From Octopus bimaculoides (Eukaryota): DNA of 59,733 nt. The stretch spans positions 55,649,415-55,709,147 of the forward strand of contig NC_068990.1 in the NCBI RefSeq assembly GCF_001194135.2, given 5' to 3'. Shown here one piece after another: positions 1-11,190 of the stretch. Each line of letters opens with the position of its first letter. Positions within the stretch are counted from its first letter, which is position 1. The notes beneath the pieces were generated by a model. That model ran no database searches and was not told where the DNA came from. It saw only the letters and a program-made list of their open reading frames with translations. The translations under genes and the position numbers were made by a program.

Positions 1-120
1 CACGTCCATGCTCTATTGCTGGCCGGCAAGAAAGAGATGAATTGAGCGGGAACGCTTGGTTGTTTAATTCTACGCATGCGTGAGACTACGCATGCGCACG
101 GCGTTACTACAATATGTTAT

Positions 121-255
121 GGCGGCGAGCTGGCAGAATCGTTAGCACGCCGAGCAAAGTGCTTAGCAGCATTTCGTCCGTCCTTACATTCTGAGTTCAA
201 ATTCCACCGAGGTCGACTTTGCCTTTCATCCTTTCGGGGTCGATTAAATAAGTAC
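121..255 (+). mobile_element. tRNA-derived SINE family A (Octopus SINE), 3'-truncated
   Basis: Head GGCGGCGAGCTGGCAGAATCGTTAGC (box A-like), GTTCAAATTCC (box B), central GACTTTGCCTTTCATCCTTTCGGGGTCG; recurs about 30 times in the window. Confidence 0.85.
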
Positions 256-261
256 TTGATT

Positions 262-397
262 GCAACTTATTTCATCGACACCGAAAGGGGAAAGGCAACA
301 TCGACTTCGGCGGGATTTGAAACCAGAACATAAAAACGGACAGAATGCCGCTGTGCGTTTTGTCCGGCATGCTAACGATTCTGCTATCTCACTGCCT
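262..397 (-). mobile_element. SINE family A, 3'-truncated, inverted relative to 121-255
   Basis: Reverse complement of head and central domain (…GAAAGGCAACATCGAC…GCTAACGATTCTGC…GCC). Confidence 0.8.
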
Positions 398-419
398 TTC
401 ATGTTGATAATAATAACAA

Positions 420-631
420 TGGCTTCTAATTTTGGAACAAGCCAGCAAGTTCGAGGGAGGGGATTAATCGATAGCATCGATCCCAGTGCTCAACTACTAC
501 TTATTGTATCGACGCCAACAATATGAAAGGCAAAGTCAACCTCGGCGGAATTTGAACTCAGAACGTGAAGACGGACGAAATACCACTAAGCATTTCACCC
601 ACTGTGCTAACGATTCTGACAGCATACCGTC

Positions 632-632
<1 letters not shown>
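420..632 (-). mobile_element. SINE family A, near full length (…CCAAAATTTGAAACC-type 3' end)
   Basis: AATTTTGGAACAAG…GAAAGGCAAAGTCAACCTCGGCGGAATTTGAACTCAGAAC…GCTAACGATTCTG, abutting (AAT)n. Confidence 0.85.

Positions 633-693
<61 letters not shown>
633..693 (+). repeat. (TAA)n microsatellite, about 20 units
   Basis: Seen directly; lies between the SINE head and the LINE 5' junction. Confidence 0.95.
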
Positions 694-694
<1 letters not shown>

Positions 695-2127
695 TTTCAA
701 CGTATACAGTGTATGCTTTCAGTGCTGATATCAGAATGAAGTTCGGACTGAAAAAGTGTGGTGTGTTAGTCTTGAAGAGAGGCAAAATCAATTGTACGGA
801 TGGGCTAACGATACCTTCGGTGGAAGGTTATGAAGCGGATACAAGAGACGGGCTATAAGTACTTGGGGATATTAGAAATGAATAAATTGATGGAGAAAGA
901 AATGACAGAAAAATTTAAGGTGGGGTACTTGCGCAGACTGAGACTGATCTTTAAGTCGAAATTAAACGGACGGAATAAGATTGAAGCTATCAACACCTGG
1001 GCGGTTTCACTCCTTAGATATGGAGCAGGGGTAATCGCATAGACAGTAGACAAACTAAACAGCTTAAACAGAAAGACAAGGAAGATGCTGACTGGATACC
1101 CAGAAAGTGACACAGACGGACTGTATGTACCGAGAAAAAGAGGGGGAAGAGGACTGATTGGATGCGAACACAGTACAGTATTAGAGCAGAAGAAAACAAC
1201 GTAGCATGGCATGTAAAAAATGCTACAGAACCGCTATTATTAGAAGTAAGAAGGTCAGGCTTGTGTAGGATGGAAGATTGTAAAGAAGAAACACTGTACA
1301 AGGAATTGAGAATGAATGTAACTGAAAATATGTGGATAAAAAGGAAAGAATGCATGGACAATTTCATAAAGATGTTGAAGTTAAAACAGACAGAGAAAAA
1401 AGATGGCTAAGGATGACTAAAAGTGATTTAAAACCGGAAACGGAGGCTCTAATCTGTGCTGCCCAAGAGCAAGCATTAAGAACCAATTACATCGAATACA
1501 GAATAGACAACACATCAGAAAGTGATAAGTGCAGAATTTGTGGACAACATGGTGAAACCATATAGCATATTACTAGTCAATGTACGCCACTAGCCCAGAA
1601 AGAATATACGAGACGTCATGACAATATAGCAAGGATTGTCTATTGAACACCTTGCAACAAGTATGGACATGACAGAGCAAAAAGTGGTATGAACATAAAC
1701 CCGAAGGCATCATTGAGAGTGATAATGCAAAGAACCTATGGAATTTTATGATTCAATGCGACCATGAGATAGAGAATAGGAAACAATAAAGAAAGCAAAC
1801 AATGCTGAATCATAGATATAGCATTGCTCAGCTAACAACAAGGTATATGATAAGAAAGAAAGAAAAGTCGATAGATATAGCTTGGGAGGTTAAGCAGTTG
1901 TGGTCGCTGAAGAAGGTGGTAGTAATACCAATAATTGTCGGAGCCCTGCGAATAGTGAGTAAAATTCTTGAGAAGTACATAGAACAAATAGGAGCTACAA
2001 TAAGGGTAGAACGCTTGCAGAATACAGCACTGCTTGGAACCGCTCGAATACTCCGGATGGTACTCGAAAAATAAGGGGTATTACCTTAGTTCACAGCGTT
2101 AGAAGCTGTGTAAAGATAAAAAAAAAA
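694..2127 (+). mobile_element. 5'-truncated, decayed R4/Dong-clade non-LTR retrotransposon (RT C-terminus, CCHC knuckle, restriction-like endonuclease)
   Basis: Frameshifted peptides FSADIRMKFGLKKC, YKYLGILE, INTWAVSLLRYGAG, LYVPRKRGGRGLI, CRICGQHGETI.HITSQC, RRHDNIAR, DIAWEVKQLW, IPIIVGAL; A-run and TAATAAT at the 3' end. Confidence 0.85.
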
Positions 2128-2322
2128 TAATAATGCGGTAGTCACGAGGAACGTATGGGCTCAAATATGGATCCAACAGGCCATTCAATGGTTCACTGCT
2201 TCAAAACAGATTTTCAGTTTTGCCCTCCAATCTTCCTTATTCATCTATTATTTTCCTAATGACTTTTTTGAAAAAGTACTGATTTTAAAATGTTATGATA
2301 ATGTTTTTCACCTTTTTTGTAG

Positions 2323-2412
2323 CACACCAATTGGTATTTAATTATTCAGGAGTCTTCACAATCACCTTCTTCATAGAAACAGCTCTTCTATTTGGCATTC
2401 CTCTGGGTGCAA
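2323..2412 (+). CDS. SLC35F3/F4-like transporter, penultimate coding exon (xHQLVFNYSGVFTITFFIETALLFGIPLGA)
   Basis: Acceptor ttttttgtag and donor GCAA|gtaagc; phase 1 to phase 1; joins in frame to 3329. Confidence 0.7.
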
Positions 2413-2869
2413 GTAAGCTCGATTTATTATTATTTTTAAACAATTGTCTTTCTGTTAATCAATGATTAAGAGTTTGACAAAACGTGTGCAGCACTTCATT
2501 CGTTACATGAAAGTTGTAAAATGCTGAAGAAATCGCACGCGATCGTACACTACAAGAAATAACTGACAAATCCCTCTCCAGTCACACCTTACATTTTCGC
2601 AGTAAGGAGGGGAAAGAGTGAACAGTGTTGTCCCTGATGTATATACGTGTTAATATAAAGCCCTGATAGGGTGTAAAGATAGAGTATTTCCAGTGTAGCA
2701 CTCAACCCGAATTCTGGGCTACTAACACTGTCAGATTGCAGATTAATATCGAAATTCTTCAGGTGTCGAAAATCATGGTTTCACGACGGTAAAACCGTCG
2801 TGTGGCTTTAGCGAAAAGTAAAATATAATCAAATGATAAAACTAAGAAATACTTCGATACATCTTTAAT

Positions 2870-2915
2870 GACTAGTTACAATTGTTTCTGTACCAACTTT
2901 GCCTTCAGCGCCAGT
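2870..2915 (-). ncRNA. Degenerate minimal hammerhead-like motif
   Basis: CTGAAGG…GAAACAATTGTA with palindromic ACAATTGT; stem II poor and A9 changed to G. Confidence 0.25.
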
Positions 2916-3047
2916 TACATAAAATTTCAGTGAAAATGTACGTATCATTTGCAGTTTTGTACATTAGAGTGGCACTTCGTCCGACTCGCATCAAAAGCTC
3001 TTAAATTGTGCATTTGCCAAACTTTGTTTTTTGCTTATATCGGGCAG

Positions 3048-3090
<43 letters not shown>

Positions 3091-3328
3091 CAGTGTATTC
3101 AGAACTATTTTGTAGAGTGTTATTAGAGGGAAACTAGGTTATCGTGAGCAGATATAGTCACTTTCCTCTCTCAAACTTTGACTCAGTGAGGTTTAAATTT
3201 TATATTTATCAAAAGAAAAACGTATATCTGACGTTTCAAATTATCTCAGAACTGTATGTATGAAGTAATATCAATTATTCTACACATCCTAAAATCTCTC
3301 ATTGCTTTTTGTTTATTTATTTTATTAG

Positions 3329-3549
3329 TTGCTGACATTGTATGGAGAAACAGCCAGTTTTCAGGAATGAAAATATCTGCATTGGTTTTAATCGAAGTTG
3401 GACTTTTGCTTACCATTTTACCAGAAGGTTGGCATCATTACGTAATTCGTGGTTTTAGATTCGTCAAAGAATTAGTAACAAAGCCACCACCTGAAGAAGA
3501 TATCCCACCTCAGACTTCAAGATTCGAATGGAGAAATTCGATCAATTGA
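3329..3549 (+). CDS. SLC35F3/F4-like transporter, last coding exon (IADIVWRNSQFSGMKISALVLIEVGLLLTILPEGWHHY…SIN*)
   Basis: Acceptor ttttattag; the spliced P-x-x-A-x-x-D…F-x-G-M-K…final TM…LPExW pattern resembles the SLC35F3/F4 C-terminus (from memory); ATTAAA at 3861. Confidence 0.7.
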
Positions 3550-4025
3550 TTCTTCTCGAAGAACATTGTAGTATTTTATACAAAAACAACGGTGACACTG
3601 GGCACAAGATTTATTGTGCGTTCATTTATACAAGATATCGTTTGTTTCTTATTCTTCTCTGTATCGCATGTTTGTCTCAGTATTGCCTGACGATGAAAGC
3701 ATGTTTACTACATCCTCTTCACAAAGCTCGTAGAAAATCTACGAGTAAGTTCTGTTTGTATCACCTCATAATGGATACTGTGGATGAAAACGTCTGACAA
3801 TCACAACACTACTAAAGAATTTAGAAGTCAATTCACAAACGCAATGTGCATTTAAATCTCATTAAATCGTATAAGGTGAATTTTTTCACTCAAATTCAAA
3901 CTCAAATGTGTATATAGAACAAGCCGTCACTATGCTGTGTGTGTATGTGTGTGTGCTTTAATAACTTTAGGACGTAATCTATTACACCGCTAAACTTAGT
4001 GGCTATTTAAGTAATGTGTTCGTGG

Positions 4026-4100
4026 ATAGTTAATGAGTCTGGTGTGATACTGAAGAAGGAGCAAGTACTCCCGAAATATGCATATACACCTATTACCTAT
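4026..4100 (+). ncRNA. Type I hammerhead-like motif (Penelope-like terminal repeat)
   Basis: CTGAAGA 4050-56, GGAG/CTCC stem II, GAAA 4073-76, palindromic ATATGCATAT, stem I GGTGT(G)ATA/TATACACC. Confidence 0.5.
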
Positions 4101-4327
4101 TTTTCTATCTTCGATCGTATTGTTTACATAGACGTATTCGTATACGAAACGTCGTAACTTGCAGTGTTGGCTCTAAATTCTATAGAATATCTGTGGAGAT
4201 AATTTAAAAGTGATTCAATCGCACTGCTAACACAAAAACGTAGGACACATTATTGACTTATAAATCTTTAATACACTTGGTAGTATATTATGGTTGTTAA
4301 ACGAAATACGGTACGACTACCAGCAAT

Positions 4328-4375
<48 letters not shown>

Positions 4376-5233
4376 NNNNNNNNNNNNNNNNNNNNNNNNN
4401 NNNNNNNNNNNNNNNNNNNNNNNNNNNNNNNNNNNNNNNNNNNNNNNNNNNNNNNNNNNNNNNNNNNNNNNNNNNNNNNNNNNNNNNNNNNNNNNNNNNN
4501 NNNNNNNNNNNNNNNNNNNNNNNNNNNNNNNNNNNNNNNNNNNNNNNNNNNNNNNNNNNNNNNNNNNNNNNNNNNNNNNNNNNNNNNNNNNNNNNNNNNN
4601 NNNNNNNNNNNNNNNNNNNNNNNNNNNNNNNNNNNNNNNNNNNNNNNNNNNNNNNNNNNNNNNNNNNNNNNNNNNNNNNNNNNNNNNNNNNNNNNNNNNN
4701 NNNNNNNNNNNNNNNNNNNNNNNNNNNNNNNNNNNNNNNNNNNNNNNNNNNNNNNNNNNNNNNNNNNNNNNNNNNNNNNNNNNNNNNNNNNNNNNNNNNN
4801 NNNNNNNNNNNNNNNNNNNNNNNNNNNNNNNNNNNNNNNNNNNNNNNNNNNNNNNNNNNNNNNNNNNNNNNNNNNNNNNNNNNNNNNNNNNNNNNNNNNN
4901 NNNNNNNNNNNNNNNNNNNNNNNNNNNNNNNNNNNNNNNNNNNNNNNNNNNNNNNNNNNNNNNNNNNNNNNNNNNNNNNNNNNNNNNNNNNNNNNNNNNN
5001 NNNNNNNNNNNNNNNNNNNNNNNNNNNNNNNNNNNNNNNNNNNNNNNNNNNNNNNNNNNNNNNNNNNNNNNNNNNNNNNNNNNNNNNNNNNNNNNNNNNN
5101 NNNNNNNNNNNNNNNNNNNNNNNNNNNNNNNNNNNNNNNNNNNNNNNNNNNNNNNNNNNNNNNNNNNNNNNNNNNNNNNNNNNNNNNNNNNNNNNNNNNN
5201 NNNNNNNNNNNNNNNNNNNNNNNNNNNNNNNNN
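4376..5233. other. Assembly gap (one of about 20 N runs, mostly flanked by (TA)n)
   Basis: Other large gaps: about 13044-13982, 15469-16269, 19766-20669, 21350-22176, 27941-28411, 29488-30048, 42147-42697, 45621-46169. Confidence 0.98.
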
Positions 5234-5292
5234 TCGTATCATTTAAGTTGCAATTTCTTTAAGTACAATAATTTAAACATAAAATAATTTAG

Positions 5293-5497
5293 TACTCTTT
5301 TCTACTCTAGGCACAAGGCCCGAAATTTTGGGGGAGGGAGCTAGTTGATCAGATCGACCCCAGTATGCAACTGGTACTTAATTTATCGACTCCGAAAGGA
5401 TGAAAGGCAAAGTCGATCTCTACGGAATTTGAACTCAAACGTAAAGACAGACGAAATACCGCTAAGCATTTCGCCCGTCGTGCCAGCTCTCCGCCTT
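5293..5497 (-). mobile_element. SINE family A, near full length
   Basis: TTTTCTACTCTAGGCACAAGGCC…GAAAGGCAAAGTCG…GCCAGCTCTCCGCC; CpGs intact. Confidence 0.85.
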
Positions 5498-6136
5498 TAC
5501 TTTAGTACTCTTATTTTCCTGTAATTACACAAGGCGGGGGTGGGGATGAAGAGACGTTAGAAGAAAGAAAAGAGTTGTTACAATAAGATTGAGACTTGAA
5601 CTAGTCAACTTCAAAAAACACAATGAATTAATCTGAAAACAAATCTACCATTCAAATTTCAAGCGAGCGTAACACTTTTAAGCTGACACACGCATGAAAT
5701 AAAATAATAGAAAATTGGAAAAAATATAAAGTGTTTAGGTGCATGATGTTACTGAATAACTTGAAACTCTCCTAAATTCAGAATGACTCGACTTGGCGAT
5801 ATTGATAGGCTGCCATTACAGCGAAATACGTATCTATTGCTTACGTGTTCGCTTCTGGGACGATTTAGTTTCACCTATCTCTGAAGTATAGTGTGTTTCT
5901 TACTACTACAGTCTTTAAAGGGACTTTTTTCCCGGGCGATAAACCGTAGCTTCTGGCGTTTAAACAACACTCGTATGTTAAGTATGTGGTTACGGTGATG
6001 TTTGTATTACCTGACAAAAGAGGTTAGATCAATTTAATTAGTTGAAGCTAAGACAATCAAACGTTTGTTGCTTTCTGTGTATGGTTTGAAAAGTTGAAAA
6101 AAAAAAACATGTGTTAATATCCTTAGTTCACTGATA

Positions 6137-7154
6137 ACTGAGGAGTCAGCAAATCCCGATATCTGGCTGCCTCAAAGTACACAGAACAGTTGAAGGGTAT
6201 TGTAGAAAGAATCAAATATTTACCCTTTTAGTGTAGTTTTTAATGTAAAAAGAAATAAGCTTGCGTTTGTATTGTTCAAATCTTTTGCAATATTTTGATA
6301 ACTTATTTGTTTTATTCAAGTTACAACAAAAGCAATCTAGCATTTAAAGTGGAAGTCATCGTGTTGCACAGTCTGGAGCTACCTTTCTGTCAGTTCTTTG
6401 ATCCCACGCTGATACTAGTTCTTGTCTTTCGAGGCAAAGAACTCCTTCACTGAAGCTTCCACCTCCTTTTGATTGATGAAGCGTCGCGAGCACAGGAAGT
6501 TAGCCATGGATCAGAACAAGTAATAATCCGAGGGAGCTAGATCCGGACTATATACTGGGTGTGGCATCAGTTCGATTCCCTCAAATTCCTGGAATTTATT
6601 TCGGGTCGTTCAAGCGGTTTGAGGTCTTGCGTTGTCTTGCTGCAGAAGAGCTCGCTTTCTGTTGTCCAATACTGGGTATTTTTGCCGTACAATGTCATAT
6701 GTCCGTGAGACCCCAAGCTCGCTTGATACTCTTCGAGTGCTACACGCCGGATTTACCTCTATGGCTCGGAGCACAACCTTGGAATCCACGGTTTTGGGTC
6801 TACCTGACCCTGCCTAATTATTCCGAGTGAAATTTCTTGAACTATCTGGATACTGCACTGTATTAAACTGCGCCTTCACCTTTCGCACAACAGATGCTTT
6901 TGATTGCTTCCGCGGCGTTATGACCCAGTTCAAACTCATAATGCATAAAGTTCCCGAATTAGACTAGGTTGCACGTTTATCTGTGCGGCTTCTAAATCAC
7001 ATACGGAGTGTAACAATAAGTCAGAGCACCAGCTACCATGATTCTACCAATCTCAGCGGGTACCTTCCACGTCTTGAACTGCTTCGGTTACGTGATATAT
7101 ACACCGCAAACTAGCACGTATGCAAATATTGCCAAACGTTTGACTCACCTCAGT
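6137..7154 (-). mobile_element. Internally deleted mariner (Tc1/mariner) transposon
   Basis: Minus-strand peptides HYEFELGHNAAEAIKSIC, SGRPKTVD, QDNARPQTA, MPHPVYSPDLAPSDYYLF, VEASVKEFFASKD; possible imperfect TIRs ACTGAGG(TG)AGTCA at 6137-48 and 7141-54. Confidence 0.85.
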
Positions 7155-9457
7155 ATTTTAAAGAAAGGTATCAAGGAATAAAGCAGCAAAAAATCGTCTC
7201 ATATAGTTAATAGGGGAAAATGCCACTGAAAATTTTGAAAATTAAATCTTTGCTTAAATTTCATTACAAGTTTTCGGGTCTTTTTCACCTTTTCCTATCC
7301 GCTAGCCCAATACAATTGTATTATGCGTCTAAAATGCAAGTCCAGCCCACCCATATTAGTACATGAGATCGGGATACCGCCCAAGAAAGCTAAATGTCCA
7401 AAGAAATCGAGCCATCGTGCTCCTGTGGGATCATAAACGACCACTAGTCTCGTGTAGAACCACGTTACCGTTTGGGTCAAAGAGGTTAGTGTGTTCCTTG
7501 AGATCTAAAGATTTTCAGAATAACACTGCCACCCCACCACCCAATCCCGACTGACCACGTGGTGAGTGTACTTTATAGTAATCGAAAATGAGTTTGAGTG
7601 AGAGCTCTGTAGAGATCATGGTTTCGTTAATGGCTATCTTAGTGATCAGTGATCGTTGAACACGTAACCTTGCTTCCAAGCTAAGCCTAAGTCACGTACA
7701 TTTGCGCTACCAACACTAAGTACAGCCATTTTGAATGACGAAAAATATATAGGCCACTCACTTTAGTCCTCGAGAAGACCACTTCATCTGCTTTTATCGT
7801 TGGTCGAGGAGGAATTATCGAAAGATATTTAAAAAATATTTTTGAGGGGTTTCTTTCTAAAAAGTCCAACGTCGAAGTGATAGTTTTTCTTTTATGTCAT
7901 CACATTACCGCTTAGCCGTTATGTTCTAGTTGATAACTGATCAGACTGGAGCGTTTGCTATTCCGCTTTTTATGGAAGGGAAACATTCCACTTCTTAGGC
8001 GCTCCATTTGTAGTCAGCATTAGAAGCATAAAATAATGGACATGCCGTGGTTAATTATGCGCTGACATGCGCCAAGGCGACGATAGCTCCAGCGATTCCT
8101 CGACAGTGAATAGGTGTGGTTGCCATTTACAAAATATGTTTTCCCTCAGCTCATCTCTTTAATAGATTTGCAGCTCTTGGTCAAGCAAAGATCGAGGCAG
8201 GGTGATGGGTGTTTGGTATGACTCCAAACTTTCACAGGTAGGAAATGCAACAGGTAGAAGTTCCATATTGGCGTTCTAAAGATGATTAGTAGTGGATAAT
8301 GGCAATGGTGTTCTTGGGGAAGCTCAGAGTACCAAGTATAATCTATTGGCTAGCCTATTCCGTGAGACTTTCGAGCTGAGGCCATGGATAATTTCCAGAA
8401 ATCCATGATCTGACAAGCTACCGAGACTAGGGTGTATTGCCGGTTCGCGATAAAACAGTAATGCCGTCAGTCGGGTCTTCCCAAGATACGAGCCGGATGA
8501 CAAAACTTTTCTGCATGTATTCAGCTTGTGTACAAGCATTGCCGACATGTGGGATTATGGTGAACTATTGCTATCATGTGTTGAACAGATCCATCCTACA
8601 CATGAAGATCGTCCTGTTGCCTTCCTTTGGCCTGGAAGGGCGGTAGCCTTTGTTAGTCAAGGGATTTTAGAGATTGTGTGATGGACAAAATTGAAAAGAC
8701 TGAAGACGGATACCCTCCTCGTTGAAAAACCACTCATCAAATAAGGGTGCAAAAGGAAGTGTTGACTTCCAGCAAATTTATTGGAAAATGGATGAAAATG
8801 GTAAAAATGGTCCCAGTGAATAGGCCTGCTTTGAGCATGTGCCTATAGGTTGGTGGAAGATGATTGGAGAGGGAATTCACATTGGTTAGAGTGACCATGG
8901 GATTTCTAGGGGTACCACGTGTGTTCCTCGAAGGTCTCACACTTTGGGGATTTTTCTTTGATTATTACTGTTTCTTTTTTTCCATCGTTTACCCGTTTAG
9001 CCGTGTGTGTGATCCTATACTGTATCATCCGGTACTTTCTTGTACCCGCTGAACTGTTCAGCTCTTTTCCTCGGCCTTTGTAGTTAATAAAATTATATAA
9101 ATATATACAGGGGAAACCACTTATTGTTATTGCTTTAGGGGGCGGACGTTTTTTCATGCCAATAAACTGCTGATAACATTAAGCAGACGATATAAAAATA
9201 TCTGGACACTTGATAAGCAGTAATTTTTAATTCATCCTAAATAAAAAGCTTGGGACTCACTAATGTATTTCAATAACAACTTTTACTATAGTTATAATTA
9301 CTATAGATATAATTACATTATACGAAATTATAATAAATGGCTTGTATGAAGAAACCAAGGAAAATGGAAGATGGTCTGTATCAGCAAAAGTTAACCTTTA
9401 AAAGCTCGTTACTAGAAATATATCATTGTGAGTTCATTTAGTTTTGAGAAAAGAAAG

Positions 9458-9610
9458 CCTACGTTTCAGACACTTGTCCTTCTTCAGGGAAGTGAGCGGG
9501 GAAGAAACAAGCAATGTAAGTGGTCAATGCCTTGGCTGCTAATATTGAATGCACGTGATGTGAAATTCTGATTTGTAACGGAGTGAAAATTTGTCTCCAT
9601 TTGTCTCCAA
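9458..9610 (-). mobile_element. Penelope-like element 3' remnant with a decayed hammerhead core
   Basis: CCCTGAAGAAGGACAAGTGTCTGAAACGTAGG: CTGAAGA, GGAC/GTCT stem, GAAA, palindromic ACGT. Confidence 0.45.
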
Positions 9611-9643
9611 ATACATACATACATACATACATACATACATACA

Positions 9644-9674
<31 letters not shown>

Positions 9675-9699
9675 CAGTAGGTATTCACATCTTTAAAAA

Positions 9700-9965
9700 C
9701 AAAACATACTGGTGGACCGCCCCAATAAAAATACCAATTCAGTGCAAATATAACAGACCTGATATCGTTCTGTGGGACAGGGGACAAAAGGCATACACTG
9801 TTGTAGAGGTCAGCTGTCCAGCGGATGTGGATGTATAATTAAAAGTCCAGGAAAAAGAGAACATTTATGGAGAATTAATGCGGAACATACAACTCTTGTA
9901 GCCTGACTATGAATTCCCATTTATCATCACTGGTGCATTAGGTTATGTACCAAGACATTTGGTTT
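9700..9965 (+). mobile_element. Restriction-like endonuclease fragment of a second RLE-type LINE
   Basis: YNRPDIVLWD…VVEVSCPAD…KVQEKENIYGEL…IITGALGYVP (PD-(D/E)xK pattern). Confidence 0.7.
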
Positions 9966-10388
9966 TGAAACGTGCATGTGCGGGTTTGAGCATGACATTT
10001 TGAAGAAGACTAGCAGTTACTTATGCACGCAAATTTTCTACTTTCACATCATAAATGTTTATCCAAAAGGAAAGACGGTCGATGTGAACGGATACAGTTT
10101 AGTACAAGAAGTGGCGTTGCTGGCGTTGCTGTTTGAACGCAAAAGGTTTGGTCAGATATCGCTAGGCACCGTGGTCGATCCTCTTGTACTTCTGACAATC
10201 CCCTGCCCTGGGTTGGTACTTTTCGGTCGAATCCAGTTCGACTATTCTATTATAGTCAGCGAGGTGAAATGATAATCGTAATGGTAATTACTAATTAATA
10301 CTGAGAATATTGTTTCTTTAAGATTTTAAATCTCTCCACTCTGGAGAGATTGCAGGTGGTTTATTCTGTTAATATAGGGGCGTACTGT

Positions 10389-10425
<37 letters not shown>

Positions 10426-10579
10426 NNNNNNNNNNNNNNNNNNNNNNNNNNNNNNNNNNNNNNNNNNNNNNNNNNNNNNNNNNNNNNNNNNNNNNNNNNN
10501 NNNNNNNNNNNNNNNNNNNNNNNNNNNNNNNNNNNNNNNNNNNNNNNNNNNNNNNNNNNNNNNNNNNNNNNNTATATAT

Positions 10580-10652
<73 letters not shown>

Positions 10653-10920
10653 GGTTTATATATCATCAGATGGTGTTATACTCTGCTGGTCACAATGCGC
10701 TTCCAATTCTGTCTTGATTGCGCCATTCTTTTCCATCTTGACACAACTTGCTTAACTAAATCATCTTCCCGTCATCGCGGAGGCCTTCCAAGCGGCCTTT
10801 TCTGATCTCTTGACTTCCACTCGACAACTGCACGGGTTCGCCTGTGGTCTGTGAACCTTGTGACATATCTGACACAGCAGAACTCGTGCTTTCGATACTC
10901 AGTGATCAAATCGTTCACTA
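10580..10920 (-). mobile_element. RTE-clade LINE 3' end with (GAT)n tail
   Basis: VTRFTDHRRTRAVVEWKSRDQKRPLGRPPR, followed by a (TGA)n tail (CAT)n on +. Confidence 0.75.
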
Positions 10921-10984
10921 AACTACAACAACAACAGCAATAACAACACACACACACATATATACGTCTGTGTATATGCTTATG

Positions 10985-11190
10985 TACGTGTGTCTTTGTG
11001 GTTTGAGTTTGTGTTTTACCCTGTGTTGGTTTATTTACCTCTCGTAACTGTAACCAAGAAGTTCGGCAAATAAGACCGATAGACTATGTACCACACTTAG
11101 AAATAACCACTGGGATCAACTTACTCAACTAAACTCTACAAGGCGGTGCCCCAGCATGACTGTATCCAAATGGCTGCAATGAATAAAAGA
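10985..11190 (+). mobile_element. SINE family B (OK-like), 3' half
   Basis: TTCGGCAAATAAGACCGATAGA…AAGGCGGTGCCCCAGCATG matches the reverse complement of 55625-55800. Confidence 0.7.

Noticed and set aside
121-210. tRNA genes
   Set aside because: All box A/box B matches are SINE heads with no cloverleaf
3256-3328. Start of the 97-aa ORF as a standalone small membrane protein
   Set aside because: The first 24 codons cover a pyrimidine tract and acceptor; the homologous part starts at 3329 and splices to 2412
4268-5262. Long ORFs spanning N runs (here and at every large gap)
   Set aside because: X-filled translations of assembly gaps; no coding evidence
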